Of a stretch of 64,000 bases of DNA, positions 18,074 through 27,757 are shown one piece after another. The DNA comes from Capsulimonadaceae bacterium. Lineage in GTDB: Bacteria > Armatimonadota > Armatimonadia > Armatimonadales > Capsulimonadaceae. Numbering within the stretch: position 1 is the stretch's first letter; each line of letters begins with the position of its first letter. A program made the position numbers and the translations under genes. Below the pieces are notes generated by a model. That model had not been told where the DNA came from. It did no database searches and saw only the letters and a program-made list of their open reading frames with translations. The stretch spans positions 3,296,001 through 3,360,000 of the forward strand of contig OZ244065.1 of assembly GCA_965215505.1 (NCBI GenBank), in the 5' to 3' direction.

Positions 18074-19297
18074 GTGACGCTCGAACAGATAGACGCGGCC
18101 CTGGCCGAGTGGCAGGGGAAGCTGAACCTCGCCAGCGCCAACCTGCTGGAACTCGACGACCTGTTCACCTACAAGCGGCTCCGGGGGACGGCGGGGGCGG
18201 CCCTCGTCGGCGTCACGCGGGAGCGGGTCGGGCCTGCCCTGGCCGCGATGGACCAGTTGTGGCAGTCGCTCGCGCTGCTGACGGACACCATCGGCCGCGC
18301 GCAGGCTCTGCGTAAGTCGGCCTCCCGGCTGTGGGCCACCGAGCGCACGGGCCGCGAGATCGAGGAGATCTTGTCGGGGCCGTCCGTCCTCATGCCCGCC
18401 CCGCCCGCCCCGCTCGCCCAGCGCGAGCTGCTTTCCACCGCCGACTCCACCCTCTCCATCACCCCGTCGCAGCTCCTCTCGACCATGATGGGGGCCTTCG
18501 ACGCCGCCCGGAACACCATCCTGGCCGTGGACGCCGCCTGGAACCGACTGGAACCGCTGCTGGCCGCCGCCGGGCGCGAGGCCGATGCGCTCCAAACCCT
18601 GGCCGAAGGACTGGGCGAACCCGCGCCGCCCGACCTTGCCACGGGCCGGCAGAAGATCGAGGGGCTGACCGCCCGCGTCGAGACCGACCCGCTGGGCGTG
18701 CAGACCGATTTCGCCGCCGAGCTGTCCCCGCTGCTGGCGCGGGCGCGCGCCTGGCTGGACGACCTGGCCCGGCAGCGCGCCGAAGTGGGGGCAAATCAGG
18801 CCCGCGCGCATTCGCTGCTGCAAGCCCTGTCGGGCGTGACCCAGGACTGCGCGGCGGCCTACGCGGAGTGTCTGGAAAAGGCCGCCGCCGCCTCGGGTCC
18901 GGTCCCACCCCCCGACGCCGCCCAGGCCGCCGACCTCGCCGCCTGGCTCGGGACCCTGGACGCCGCGCTGGCGCAGGGCCGCTGGAAGGCCGCCCGGATC
19001 GGCCTGGACCGCTGGCTGCTGACCGCCGAGGCCGACCTCGCCGCCGCCCGTGCGGCCCTCGCCTCGAACCGGGCCGCGCTGGAAAAGCGGGCCGAGCTGC
19101 GCGGCTGCCTCGCCTCCCTGCGCGTCAAGGCGCAGGCTTACGCCGCGCGCGGCGTCGCCCTCGACCCCGCCCTGGCCGCCGTCGCCGACCAAGCCGACCG
19201 CCTGCTGTCGTCCCGGCCCACGCCGCTGGAAGAGGCCACCCGCCTGGTTTCCGACTATGAGGCGCGGCTTGCGCGGGCGTTGAAGGGCGGGCGCTGA
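18074..19297 (+). CDS. Coiled-coil protein of the PknG-type kinase cluster
   Basis: NLLELDD, LVGVTRER, RAELRGCLASLRVKA...DPAL resemble the gene preceding pknG-like kinases in actinobacteria; TATACT at 18015-18020. Confidence 0.7.
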   Translation: MTLEQIDAALAEWQGKLNLASANLLELDDLFTYKRLRGTAGAALVGVTRERVGPALAAMDQLWQSLALLTDTIGRAQALRKSASRLWATERTGREIEEILSGPSVLMPAPPAPLAQRELLSTADSTLSITPSQLLSTMMGAFDAARNTILAVDAAWNRLEPLLAAAGREADALQTLAEGLGEPAPPDLATGRQKIEGLTARVETDPLGVQTDFAAELSPLLARARAWLDDLARQRAEVGANQARAHSLLQALSGVTQDCAAAYAECLEKAAAASGPVPPPDAAQAADLAAWLGTLDAALAQGRWKAARIGLDRWLLTAEADLAAARAALASNRAALEKRAELRGCLASLRVKAQAYAARGVALDPALAAVADQADRLLSSRPTPLEEATRLVSDYEARLARALKGGR

Positions 19298-19386
19298 TCC
19301 TGCCCGAACCCCCCGGCTGTAAAGATTTCATAAAAGTTCCACCCGGCTGCAACCAAGTTGACCGTTCGCGTGTCATAAATACAGTA

Positions 19387-21582
19387 ATGGATATCCTGTG
19401 TCAGAGGCCGGGCTGTTCCGGCAAGATCGTGGACGGAGTCTGCGAAGACTGCGGGCGTCCGCCCGCCGGGAAGTCGCTCGTCCCAGGCCCCGCCGTCAGC
19501 ACCCAGGCGTCGGCGAAGCTGGCCTCGGCGCGGACCTCTTCGGCCGTCTCCACCGCCTCCTCGTCGTCTTCTTCGGCGTTCTCGGGCCGGACCTCGGGGT
19601 CGGCCCGCAGCGGGAGGTCGTCGGGGCGCGGCTCACGCGGCTCCTCGCGCCGCGCGCTTGGCGCGGGCCTGGTCACGCTGCCGCCGCTCCCCTCGCTCGA
19701 CCCGCTGCTCTCCCTGCTGACCGACCCCGTCGTGCCGGAGCGCAAGCGGTACTGCAACAACTGCGGCGCGAAGGTCAACAATGAGAAGGGCTTCTGCCCG
19801 CAGTGCGGCCAGGAATACTCGTTCGTCCCGACCCTGAAGCCGGGCGACGTGGTGGCCGGACAGTATGAGGTCAAAGGGGCCATCGCCTTCGGCGGCCTGG
19901 GCTGGATCTATCTGGGCTGGGACAACATCCTGTCCCGGTGGGTGGTCCTGAAGGGCCTGCTGAACTCCAAGGACGCCGCCTCGGCCCAGGCCGCCGTCAC
20001 CGAGCGGCAGTTCCTGGCCGCCGTCAAGCACCCCAAACTGGTCGGCGTCTACAACTTCGTCACGCGCGGGACCGAAGGCTACATCGTGATGGAGTACGTC
20101 GGCGGCAAGACGCTCAAGGCGATCCGGCAGGAGCGCGGCCCGCTGCCCGCGACCGAGGCCATCGCCTACATCTACGCCATCCTGCCCGCCTTCGCCTACA
20201 TGGAGCGTCAGGGCCTGGTCTACTGCGACTTCAAGCCCGACAACTGCATGCTGGAGGACGACGACGTCAAGCTGATCGACATGGGCGGCGTCCGGCGCGT
20301 GGACGACCTGGGCGGCGACGTCTACGGCACCAAGGGGTACTCCGCGCCCGAAGCCGACGACGCCCCCTCGTTCGCCTCGGACCTCTACACCGTCGGCCGG
20401 ACCCTGGCCCTGCTGCTGATGGACTTCAAGTTCCAGGGCCAGTATCTCACCAGCCTGCCGCCGCGCGAGGAGCAGCCCGTCCTCGCCAAGTACGAGTCGC
20501 TGGACCGCTGGCTGCGGAAGGCGACGCGCGAGAACCCCGACGACCGCTTCCAGACGGCGGACGAGATGGGGGACGACCTGCTGGGCGTCCTGCGCGAGAT
20601 CGTCGCCGAGGACGGCACCCCGCGCCCCGCCGACAGCGCCCTGTTCACCGGCGATGTCAGTGAGGAGAACACGGTTTCCGTCCCCGGCGTCGCCCTGCTG
20701 CCCGCCCTGAAAGTGGACCCGCTGGACCCCGCCGCCAACGCCGTCCTGTCCACGGGCGGCCGGGCCGACCCGAACCAACTGGCGATGGCCTTTGCCAGTG
20801 CCGCCAAGAAGTTCCCCGACTCGTCCGAGGCCCCCCTGCGGCTGGCCCTGGTCCAGATCGGATTGGAGCAGTACGCCAAGGCCGAGCAGACCTTGCACGG
20901 CATCGAGGAGCGTGACCCGTTCGACTGGCGCGTCCACTGGTATCGCGGGCGGATGCGGCTGGGCCAGGGGCAGACCAAGGACGCCTATGCCCTCTTCGAC
21001 CGCGTTTATAGCGAGCTGCCCGGCGAACTCGCCCCCAAGCTCGCCTGTGCCCTGGCCGCCGAGGCGTCGGGCAACCGGGACACGGCGATGCGCCTCTACG
21101 ATGTGGTTTCGCGCACCGACCCGAGCTTCACCGCGGCGGCCTTCGGCCTGGCCCGCTGCCGCGCCGCCGTCGGCGACCGGGCGGGGGCCGTCGCCGCCCT
21201 GGCCCGCGTCCCAGGCACGTCCAGCCTGTACGTCCCGGCCCAGCTCGCGCTGGCCCGCGTCCTGGTCCAGCCGACGCCCACCCCGCCCGGCGCGTCCGAG
21301 ATTCGCCAGGCGTCCGAGGCGATCCAGGCGCTCGCTTTGGACGGCCTGGCCCTGCACCAGTTCTCCGCCGAGCTGTTCCTGACCGCCGTCGCCCAGGTGG
21401 AGGCCAAGGCTTTCCCCGAGAACCCCGCCGACATGGTGCTGGGCCAGTCCCTCCAGCTTCGGTCGTTGCGGGCCGGGGCGGAGCGCGAGCTGCGCGCCTG
21501 CGCCCACCTGTCCAAGACGCCCGAGGAGCGGATCGCCTTCGTGGATCAGGCCAACAAGGTGCGGCCCCGGACGCTGTTCTAA
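19387..21582 (+). CDS. pknG: PknG-like Ser/Thr kinase (Zn finger, rubredoxin-like, kinase, TPR)
   Basis: CQRPGC..CEDC, CNNC..CPQC, GAIAFGGLGWIYL, VVLKGLL, YCDFKPDN, KLIDMG, TPRs, end RIAFVDQANKVRPRT. Confidence 0.85.
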   Translation: MDILCQRPGCSGKIVDGVCEDCGRPPAGKSLVPGPAVSTQASAKLASARTSSAVSTASSSSSSAFSGRTSGSARSGRSSGRGSRGSSRRALGAGLVTLPPLPSLDPLLSLLTDPVVPERKRYCNNCGAKVNNEKGFCPQCGQEYSFVPTLKPGDVVAGQYEVKGAIAFGGLGWIYLGWDNILSRWVVLKGLLNSKDAASAQAAVTERQFLAAVKHPKLVGVYNFVTRGTEGYIVMEYVGGKTLKAIRQERGPLPATEAIAYIYAILPAFAYMERQGLVYCDFKPDNCMLEDDDVKLIDMGGVRRVDDLGGDVYGTKGYSAPEADDAPSFASDLYTVGRTLALLLMDFKFQGQYLTSLPPREEQPVLAKYESLDRWLRKATRENPDDRFQTADEMGDDLLGVLREIVAEDGTPRPADSALFTGDVSEENTVSVPGVALLPALKVDPLDPAANAVLSTGGRADPNQLAMAFASAAKKFPDSSEAPLRLALVQIGLEQYAKAEQTLHGIEERDPFDWRVHWYRGRMRLGQGQTKDAYALFDRVYSELPGELAPKLACALAAEASGNRDTAMRLYDVVSRTDPSFTAAAFGLARCRAAVGDRAGAVAALARVPGTSSLYVPAQLALARVLVQPTPTPPGASEIRQASEAIQALALDGLALHQFSAELFLTAVAQVEAKAFPENPADMVLGQSLQLRSLRAGAERELRACAHLSKTPEERIAFVDQANKVRPRTLF

Positions 21583-21623
21583 AGCGCGCAACCCGTACCG
21601 AATTATACGAACCATGTCACGAA

Positions 21624-21761
21624 CCATGTGTTGAAACGCACGGCTAGTCGGCGCGGACGCCATAAAGCCCCGCGAAGCGGGGCTAGGAGCCTCTGATCTG
21701 AGTGCCGCGAAGCGGTACTTCTCGGCGTCCGCGCCGTCTAGCCGTGTGTTTCAACACATGG
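21624..21761. repeat. REPIN-like element, family C
   Basis: CCATGTGTTGAAACGCACGGCTAG ... CTAGCCGTGTGTTTCAACACATGG; related to 44272-44408. Confidence 0.8.
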
Positions 21762-21796
21762 ACCTGAATGAAAAAGCCGACGAAAGACCACTCTCC

Positions 21797-22831
21797 ATGC
21801 CCTGTCCGAAGTGCGCCGCCGACGTGTCCCCCGGCGCTAAGTTCTGCGAATCCTGCGGTGCGCCCCTGACCCCGGACGCCGTTCCTGCGGCCAGCAGCGC
21901 CCCCGCCGCCGAAAATACTCCCGCGCCCGCCGCCCGCTGCCGGTGCGGGGCCGCCGCCGAGGAAGTAGACGCGCAGGGATACTGCACCGCCTGCGGCGTC
22001 AAGCGCCACGCGCCCGCCCCGGCCCGGCTCGCCCTGCCGCGCGACCATGTGGAGATCGTGATGACCCCGGCCTTCGCCGCCGTCACCGACCGGGGGAAGC
22101 GCCACGCGAACAACCAGGATGACGTGGCGCTGGCCTGGGAGGCGGGCGGAGGCAGCCCCGCCTCCGTCATCGTCGTCTGCGACGGGGTTTCCAGCGCGCA
22201 GGAGGCCGACCGCGCCTCGGCCCTCGCCGCCGCCGCTGCCCGCGACGCCCTGCTGTCCGCCGTGCGAGGCGGGACGTTCGGCGAGGGGGCGATGGCGTCC
22301 GCCCTGCGGGCCGGACACGAGGCCGCGAAGACGATCCCCTACCGCCGCGACCACGAGACGTTAGGCCCGCCGGGGGCGACCATCGTGGCAGCCGTCGTGT
22401 CGGGCGGGACGCTGACCGTCGGCTGGGTCGGCGACAGCCGGGCCTACCTCTTCACCGAAACCGAGGCCAGGCTGCTGACGCGCGACCATTCGTGGGTCAA
22501 CGAGATGGTGGACGCGGGCGAGATGACCGAGGCCCAGGCCCTGCGCTCCAAGCAGGCCCACGCCATCACCCGCTGCCTCGGCCCGCTGAACGGCGAGCCA
22601 CCGGACGACGTGCCGGTCCCCTCCCTCGTCGCCCTGCCCGCCCCGCCCGGCGGCCTGCTCCTGATCTGCTCCGACGGCCTGTGGAACTACGCCGCCGCGC
22701 CGGACGAGCTGGCCGCCCTGATCAAGCAGCCGCCCGACGGCGACGCGCTGGCCTTGTGCCGGCGATTGGTGGATTTCGCGCTGGCCGAGGGCGGGCGGGA
22801 CAACATCACGGCGGCCGTCGTGGAGATGTAA
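21797..22831 (+). CDS. PP2C-family phosphatase with N-terminal zinc ribbons
   Basis: CPKC..CESC, TDRGKRHANNQD, VCDGV, WVGDSRAY, ICSDGLWNY, GGRDNIT. Confidence 0.9.
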   Translation: MPCPKCAADVSPGAKFCESCGAPLTPDAVPAASSAPAAENTPAPAARCRCGAAAEEVDAQGYCTACGVKRHAPAPARLALPRDHVEIVMTPAFAAVTDRGKRHANNQDDVALAWEAGGGSPASVIVVCDGVSSAQEADRASALAAAAARDALLSAVRGGTFGEGAMASALRAGHEAAKTIPYRRDHETLGPPGATIVAAVVSGGTLTVGWVGDSRAYLFTETEARLLTRDHSWVNEMVDAGEMTEAQALRSKQAHAITRCLGPLNGEPPDDVPVPSLVALPAPPGGLLLICSDGLWNYAAAPDELAALIKQPPDGDALALCRRLVDFALAEGGRDNITAAVVEM

Positions 22832-22836
22832 GATGC

Positions 22837-22858
22837 GCGGGCGGTTGAAACCGCCCGC
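22837..22858. repeat. Single REP-like hairpin (family D)
   Basis: GCGGGCGGTTGAAACCGCCCGC, same arm as 57168. Confidence 0.6.
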
Positions 22859-22895
22859 AAAGGCCGCTTAACGAGACTTCAGGAAAGAGTGACCC

Positions 22896-24170
22896 ATGCA
22901 ATTTCAGGTAGACACGTTTTTCAACCCCTACTTACCCGCCGGGACCAACCGCACCGACGCCGTCGTCACCATCACCGCGTCGGGGGAGGGAACGGCCGCG
23001 CCGGCCGGGGGCGTCGTCGGGCTGATCCTGGACGTCTCCGGCTCGATGCAGGGCGACCGCATGAGCGCCGTCAAGCACGCCACGCGCAAGGCGATAGATC
23101 TGCTGGATGAGGGCGCGTACTTCTTCATCGTCGCCTTCTCCAACTATCCCACCCGCGTCTTCGGGCTGGCCCAGGCGACATCTGCCAACAAGGCCGCCGC
23201 CGACGCCCAGGTGCGGCGGCTGGAGGCGGGCGGCAAGACCGACATGTCCCTGGGCCTGAACATGGCTTTAGAGGAGTTCGCCAAGAAGCCCGACGCCATC
23301 CGCTATGCCCTCTTCCTGACCGACGGCAAGAACGACCAGGAGGACGAGGGGCCGCTCGAACTGGCCCTGCAAAAGTGCGAAGGCGTCTTCCAGTGCGACT
23401 GCCGGGGCGTCGGCACGGACTGGCAGCCGCATCAGCTCCGCAAGATCGCCGGGCGGCTCCTCGGGACGGCCCAGATCATCGCCGAGCCGGCCGGGATGGA
23501 GGCCGATTTCCAGTCCGCCATCCACGGCGCTCTGGGCCGGGCCGTCGGCGACGTCCGCCTGCGGCTGTGGACCCCGAAGAGCGCTCGCATCCTCGCCTGC
23601 AAGCAGATGAGCCCCGAAATCGCCGTCCTGACCGACCGCTTCAGCCAGGTGGACGCCCAGACGCGCGACTACCCCACCGGAGCCTGGGGCGGCGAGTCGC
23701 GTGACTACTATGTCGCCGTCGAGCTGACGGCGGGTGACGTCGGCGACGAGATGCTCGGCTGCCGTGCCTCGGTCGTCCACGGCCCGCCAGGCTCCGAAGT
23801 CAAAGTGACCGGCGCACCCGTTGTCGCGACCTGGACCGACGATGAGACGCTTTCGGCCCGGATCAACTCGCAGGTCGCCCACTACACTGGCCAGGAAGAA
23901 CTCGCCGAGGCGATCCAGACCGGCCTGGAGGCGAACGCGCGGGGCGACGTGGACACGGCGACCAAGATGCTGGGCCGGGCGGCGAAATTGGCGCACGAGT
24001 CGGGCAACGAGGACACGACCCGCCGCCTGTCCAAAGTGGTGGACATCGTGGACGCCGACGGCGGCACGGTCCGCCTGAAGTCGAAGGTGAATAAGGCCGA
24101 CGAGATGGACCTGGACCTGGGTTCCACCCGGACGGCGCGGGCCGGGCGTCGGCCCGCCGGAGGCGCTTGA
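22896..24170 (+). CDS. vWA domain protein of the kinase cluster
   Basis: ILDVSGSM MIDAS, GGKTDM, FLTDGKN, CDCRGVGTDW, PTGAWGGESRDY. Confidence 0.9.
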   Translation: MQFQVDTFFNPYLPAGTNRTDAVVTITASGEGTAAPAGGVVGLILDVSGSMQGDRMSAVKHATRKAIDLLDEGAYFFIVAFSNYPTRVFGLAQATSANKAAADAQVRRLEAGGKTDMSLGLNMALEEFAKKPDAIRYALFLTDGKNDQEDEGPLELALQKCEGVFQCDCRGVGTDWQPHQLRKIAGRLLGTAQIIAEPAGMEADFQSAIHGALGRAVGDVRLRLWTPKSARILACKQMSPEIAVLTDRFSQVDAQTRDYPTGAWGGESRDYYVAVELTAGDVGDEMLGCRASVVHGPPGSEVKVTGAPVVATWTDDETLSARINSQVAHYTGQEELAEAIQTGLEANARGDVDTATKMLGRAAKLAHESGNEDTTRRLSKVVDIVDADGGTVRLKSKVNKADEMDLDLGSTRTARAGRRPAGGA

Positions 24171-24172
24171 AG

Positions 24173-24910
24173 ATGACCTACCCCTGCCCGAAGGACCCGA
24201 CGCACCAGTCCGACGACCCCGACTACTGCTCGGTCTGCGGCGCGAAGATCGCCGGAACTCCGTTGGCCCCGCCCGCCGCGCCAATGCCCACGCCCGCAAC
24301 AGCACTCGCCGCAGACAGCAGCCGGGTCTGCCCGGACTGCGGCACGCCGCGCGCCGGCGGCGCGCGCTTCTGCGAGGTCTGCCGCCACGACTTCGGGGCG
24401 GGGACGCCGGGCATCGCCGCCGCCGCGCCCCCCGCCACGACGCCGACACGGCGCGACCTGACGCCCGCGCCCGACCCCATCGTCGCCGCCCCAGTGCCGG
24501 TTCCCGCCGTCCCGGTCCTGGCCACCCTCGCGCCGACCCTGGAAGCCGTCGCCGTCGTAGACCCGTCGCTCTATGTGGACCCCGACCCGAGCATGGTCCT
24601 CCCCGCGAATGAGCCGCCGCGCACCTTCCCCCTGGACCTGGCCGAGAACCTGATCGGGCGGCGCAGCGACAAGCGCGACATCCACCCCGAGGTGCCGCTG
24701 ACCGACCCCGGCGTCTCCCACCGCCACGCCAAACTCCTGCGCGGGCCGGACGGCGGCTTCGTCCTGCTGGATGTCGGCTCCTCCAACGGGACCCAGCTCA
24801 ACGGCAACGATGTCCCCGCCGGGGTCCGCACCCCCGTCAAGGCGGGCGACGAGATCACCCTGGGCTGCTGGACCCGCATCACCCTGCGGGACGCGGGGGC
24901 GCAGCCATGA
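24173..24910 (+). CDS. Zinc-ribbon + FHA domain protein
   Basis: CPKDPTH..YCSVCG, CPDCG..FCEVC; FHA IGRRS..VSHRHA..DVGSSNGTQLN. Confidence 0.9.
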   Translation: MTYPCPKDPTHQSDDPDYCSVCGAKIAGTPLAPPAAPMPTPATALAADSSRVCPDCGTPRAGGARFCEVCRHDFGAGTPGIAAAAPPATTPTRRDLTPAPDPIVAAPVPVPAVPVLATLAPTLEAVAVVDPSLYVDPDPSMVLPANEPPRTFPLDLAENLIGRRSDKRDIHPEVPLTDPGVSHRHAKLLRGPDGGFVLLDVGSSNGTQLNGNDVPAGVRTPVKAGDEITLGCWTRITLRDAGAQP

Positions 24911-26322
24911 GCGTCGCCACCCAGCCCCCGCCCACGGTCGTCGCCCTGCCGGTCGCCCATGCCCCGGCCCCCTGGTCCACGCCCAGGCGGCTCCGGGCCG
25001 CCGTCGCGGCGGTCTGCTTTGCCTCCTTCCTGCTGTTCCTGGCCGTGTCCTTCGGCGCGAGGCAGCACGCCGGGGCCGTCAAGACCATCGGCAAAGACTC
25101 CGCCCCCAGCATCGTCGCCGCCGAAAGGATCAAGGCCGCGCTGTCGGACATGGACGCCAACGTCGCCAACGAGCTGATTGCCAAGCCCGGCCAGGGCGAG
25201 GGGTCAAGGGAGGCCTACGACCGGCGGCGTCAGGAACTCGGCCTGGGCCTCATCGCGGCGGCAGAGAACATCACCTACGGCGACTCCGAGCGAGTCCCGC
25301 TCCAGACGATCAACTACAACTTGGGCGCCTACGAGGCGGACGTGGCGGAGGCGCGGCTGCTGCACGGGCGCGGCGGGGACCGGGCCGTGCTGACCACCTA
25401 TTCCCGAGCCAGTCGGCTGATGCAGGGGACCATCCTGCCCGCCGCCGACGCCCTGGACAAAGCCAACGATGACGTCCTGGAAAGCACCTATAGCCGCCAG
25501 TCGGCCCTGTCCGGCGTCACCCTCACCCTCGTCTGGGCGACCGGCCTGCTCCTGCTGGCCGTCCTTCTGGGGACGCAGGTCTTCCTCAGCCGCCGCACCA
25601 ACCGGGTCTTCAACCTCCCCCTGCTGGCCGCGACCGGACTGGCATTGCTGTTCCTGCTGTTCGTCTTCGATAAGATGGGGGCGGCCTCCGAAGACCTCCG
25701 GGCGGCCAAGAAGGACTCGTTCGACTCCGTCTACGCCCTGTGGCACGCCCGCGCGGTCGCCTTCAACGCCAACGCCGACGAGAGCCGGTGGCTGATCGAC
25801 CGCGCCCACGCGGCGGACTACGAGAACGATTTCCGCCTGGAAGCCGGCCAGATCGCGACGCTGCCGCCGGACGGAAGCTTCACCTATGACGCGATCGCCG
25901 CGAAGTGTCAGGCCAAAGACGTCAAGGATGTGCCGGCGAGCTTCACCGGCTACCTCGCGAACGAGCTTCGCAACATCACGTTCTCCGGCGAGCAGGAGGC
26001 CGCCGACGAGACGCTGACCGCCTGGGGCAAGTACGTCGGCATTGACGGCCAGATCCGCGCCCTCGAAAACGCGGGGCGGCACGCCGACGCCGTCGCCCTC
26101 TGCACCGGCCCCGGCCCGGACCAGTCCAACGGCGCCTACCAGGCCTTCGACGACGGCCTGGGCCGGACCCTGGCGATCAACGAGAGAGAGCTGGCGAAAG
26201 ACGTGGCCCAAGGCTCCGCCGACGTCGCCGCGCTGCCCGTCCTCGCGCCGCTCGCCATGCTCGCCGTCGCCCTGCTGGCCTGGCTCGGCATCCGCCCCCG
26301 GCTGCGCGAGTACGGCCAATGA
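24907..26322 (+). CDS. GlnX-like membrane sensor (4 TM, two extracytoplasmic helical bundles)
   Basis: TM-bundle-TM-TM-bundle-TM layout; LSDMDANVAN, RRTNRVFNLPLL, GIRPRLREY. Confidence 0.7.
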   Translation: MSVATQPPPTVVALPVAHAPAPWSTPRRLRAAVAAVCFASFLLFLAVSFGARQHAGAVKTIGKDSAPSIVAAERIKAALSDMDANVANELIAKPGQGEGSREAYDRRRQELGLGLIAAAENITYGDSERVPLQTINYNLGAYEADVAEARLLHGRGGDRAVLTTYSRASRLMQGTILPAADALDKANDDVLESTYSRQSALSGVTLTLVWATGLLLLAVLLGTQVFLSRRTNRVFNLPLLAATGLALLFLLFVFDKMGAASEDLRAAKKDSFDSVYALWHARAVAFNANADESRWLIDRAHAADYENDFRLEAGQIATLPPDGSFTYDAIAAKCQAKDVKDVPASFTGYLANELRNITFSGEQEAADETLTAWGKYVGIDGQIRALENAGRHADAVALCTGPGPDQSNGAYQAFDDGLGRTLAINERELAKDVAQGSADVAALPVLAPLAMLAVALLAWLGIRPRLREYGQ

Positions 26323-27107
26323 CAGCCTCCCCAACTATCTGGGTCATCACCTTCAACGTCCGCTGGGACGCGCCCAGCGACGAGTACAAGTGGGAGGAGC
26401 GGCGGGCGCGCTCCGTGCGGCTCCTGCAAAGCTGGTCCCCAGACCTGCTCGGCCTCCAGGAGCCGCTGCACGCACAGCTCGAAGACATCGCCGCCGCCCT
26501 GCCCGCCTACACCGTGCTGGGCGTCGGGCGGGAAGACGGCAAAGCGGCGGGCGAGTTCTGCCCCATCCTCTACCGGACCGCCCGCTTTGATCTCCAGGAC
26601 AGCGGCACGTTCTGGCTCTCCGGCACGCCCGCCGTCCCCGGCTCGGCGGGCTGGGGCAACCGCATCCCGCGCCTCTGCACCTGGGCGCATCTGCGGGACC
26701 GGGAGACGGGGGGCGACCTCTCCCTCTACAACGTCCACCTGGACCACGAATCCCAGCCCGCCCGCGAGAGGAGCGCGCAGCTCCTGGTAGACACCCTGCG
26801 TCAGCGCGCCGCCGACGGCCCGGTCATATTGACCGGCGACTTCAACGCCGAGCCGGGCAACCTAGCCATCAAGCGCCTGCAAGCCGAAGACTCGCCCGTC
26901 CCGATAAGCGCCCTGGACATCGCATCGCCCGCGCCGCCCGGCACGTTCCATGACTTCACGGGCCGAGCGTCAGGCGGCCCGATAGACTACATCTTCCTCT
27001 CGCCCGAATGGCAAGTCCTAGAGGCCGAAGTCTTGACCGGGGACGGCGCGCGGCCCTTCCCCTCCGACCACTTCCCCGTCGCCGCAACACTCCGGCTCCA
27101 AACCTGA
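26319..27107 (+). CDS. Endonuclease/exonuclease/phosphatase family protein
   Basis: TFNVR, LGLQE, GTFWLS, NVHLDH, LTGDFN, IDYIF, SDHFPV. Confidence 0.9.
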   Translation: MTASPTIWVITFNVRWDAPSDEYKWEERRARSVRLLQSWSPDLLGLQEPLHAQLEDIAAALPAYTVLGVGREDGKAAGEFCPILYRTARFDLQDSGTFWLSGTPAVPGSAGWGNRIPRLCTWAHLRDRETGGDLSLYNVHLDHESQPARERSAQLLVDTLRQRAADGPVILTGDFNAEPGNLAIKRLQAEDSPVPISALDIASPAPPGTFHDFTGRASGGPIDYIFLSPEWQVLEAEVLTGDGARPFPSDHFPVAATLRLQT

Positions 27108-27193
27108 CCGCCGACGGGTGACGTTTTAGGCGCGCGCCGCGCGGGAAGAAATCCCCCGTCGGGAGCGGACACTCCCGGCGGAAAGGGGGCGAG

Positions 27194-27757
27194 ATGGTCC
27201 CTTACCCTCCCCCGCACGATAGCCGGCACCCGTCCGGCATGGCGCGCGTCGTGGCGCGCAACATCCAGGCTCTGCTCGCGCGGCGGCGCGACGAGGACAA
27301 GGCCCGGCGGCTGCCGGACCGGCTGGCCGATGCTATCACCCGGTTCACGGGCAGCATGGCGTTCATCGCCATCCACCTGACCGTCTACGGCCTCTGGATC
27401 GCGGCCAGCCTCGGCTGGCTCTCCCGCCTTCATGTCCCGCGCTTCGACCCGTCCTTCGTGATCCTCGCGACCGAGGCCTCGGTCGAGGCCATTTTCCTGT
27501 CCACCTTCGTGCTGATCAGCCAGAACCGGATGAACGCACTCGCCGACAAGCGGGCCGACCTGGATTTGCAGGTCAGCCTGCTCGCCGAGCATGAGGTGAC
27601 GCGCCTGATCTCCCTCGTGACCGCGATGGCGCAGAAGATGGGAGTCGAGGGGGCGGGCGACCCGGAGCTTGCGGAACTGGCCCAGGATGTCGCCCCGGAG
27701 CGCGTCCTGGACGAGATGGAGACGAGCGCCCGGAATGCCTCCGAGGGCGGGCCGTGA
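27194..27757 (+). CDS. DUF1003 membrane protein
   Basis: LADAITRFTGS, FDPSF, VLISQNR, DLQVSLLAEHE. Confidence 0.85.
   Translation: MVPYPPPHDSRHPSGMARVVARNIQALLARRRDEDKARRLPDRLADAITRFTGSMAFIAIHLTVYGLWIAASLGWLSRLHVPRFDPSFVILATEASVEAIFLSTFVLISQNRMNALADKRADLDLQVSLLAEHEVTRLISLVTAMAQKMGVEGAGDPELAELAQDVAPERVLDEMETSARNASEGGP

Noticed and set aside
19633-21663. Long antisense ORFs (676 aa here; also 42417-44192, 37260-38777, 12002-13687)
   Set aside because: Typical stop-poor shadows of GC-rich genes, with no motifs of their own
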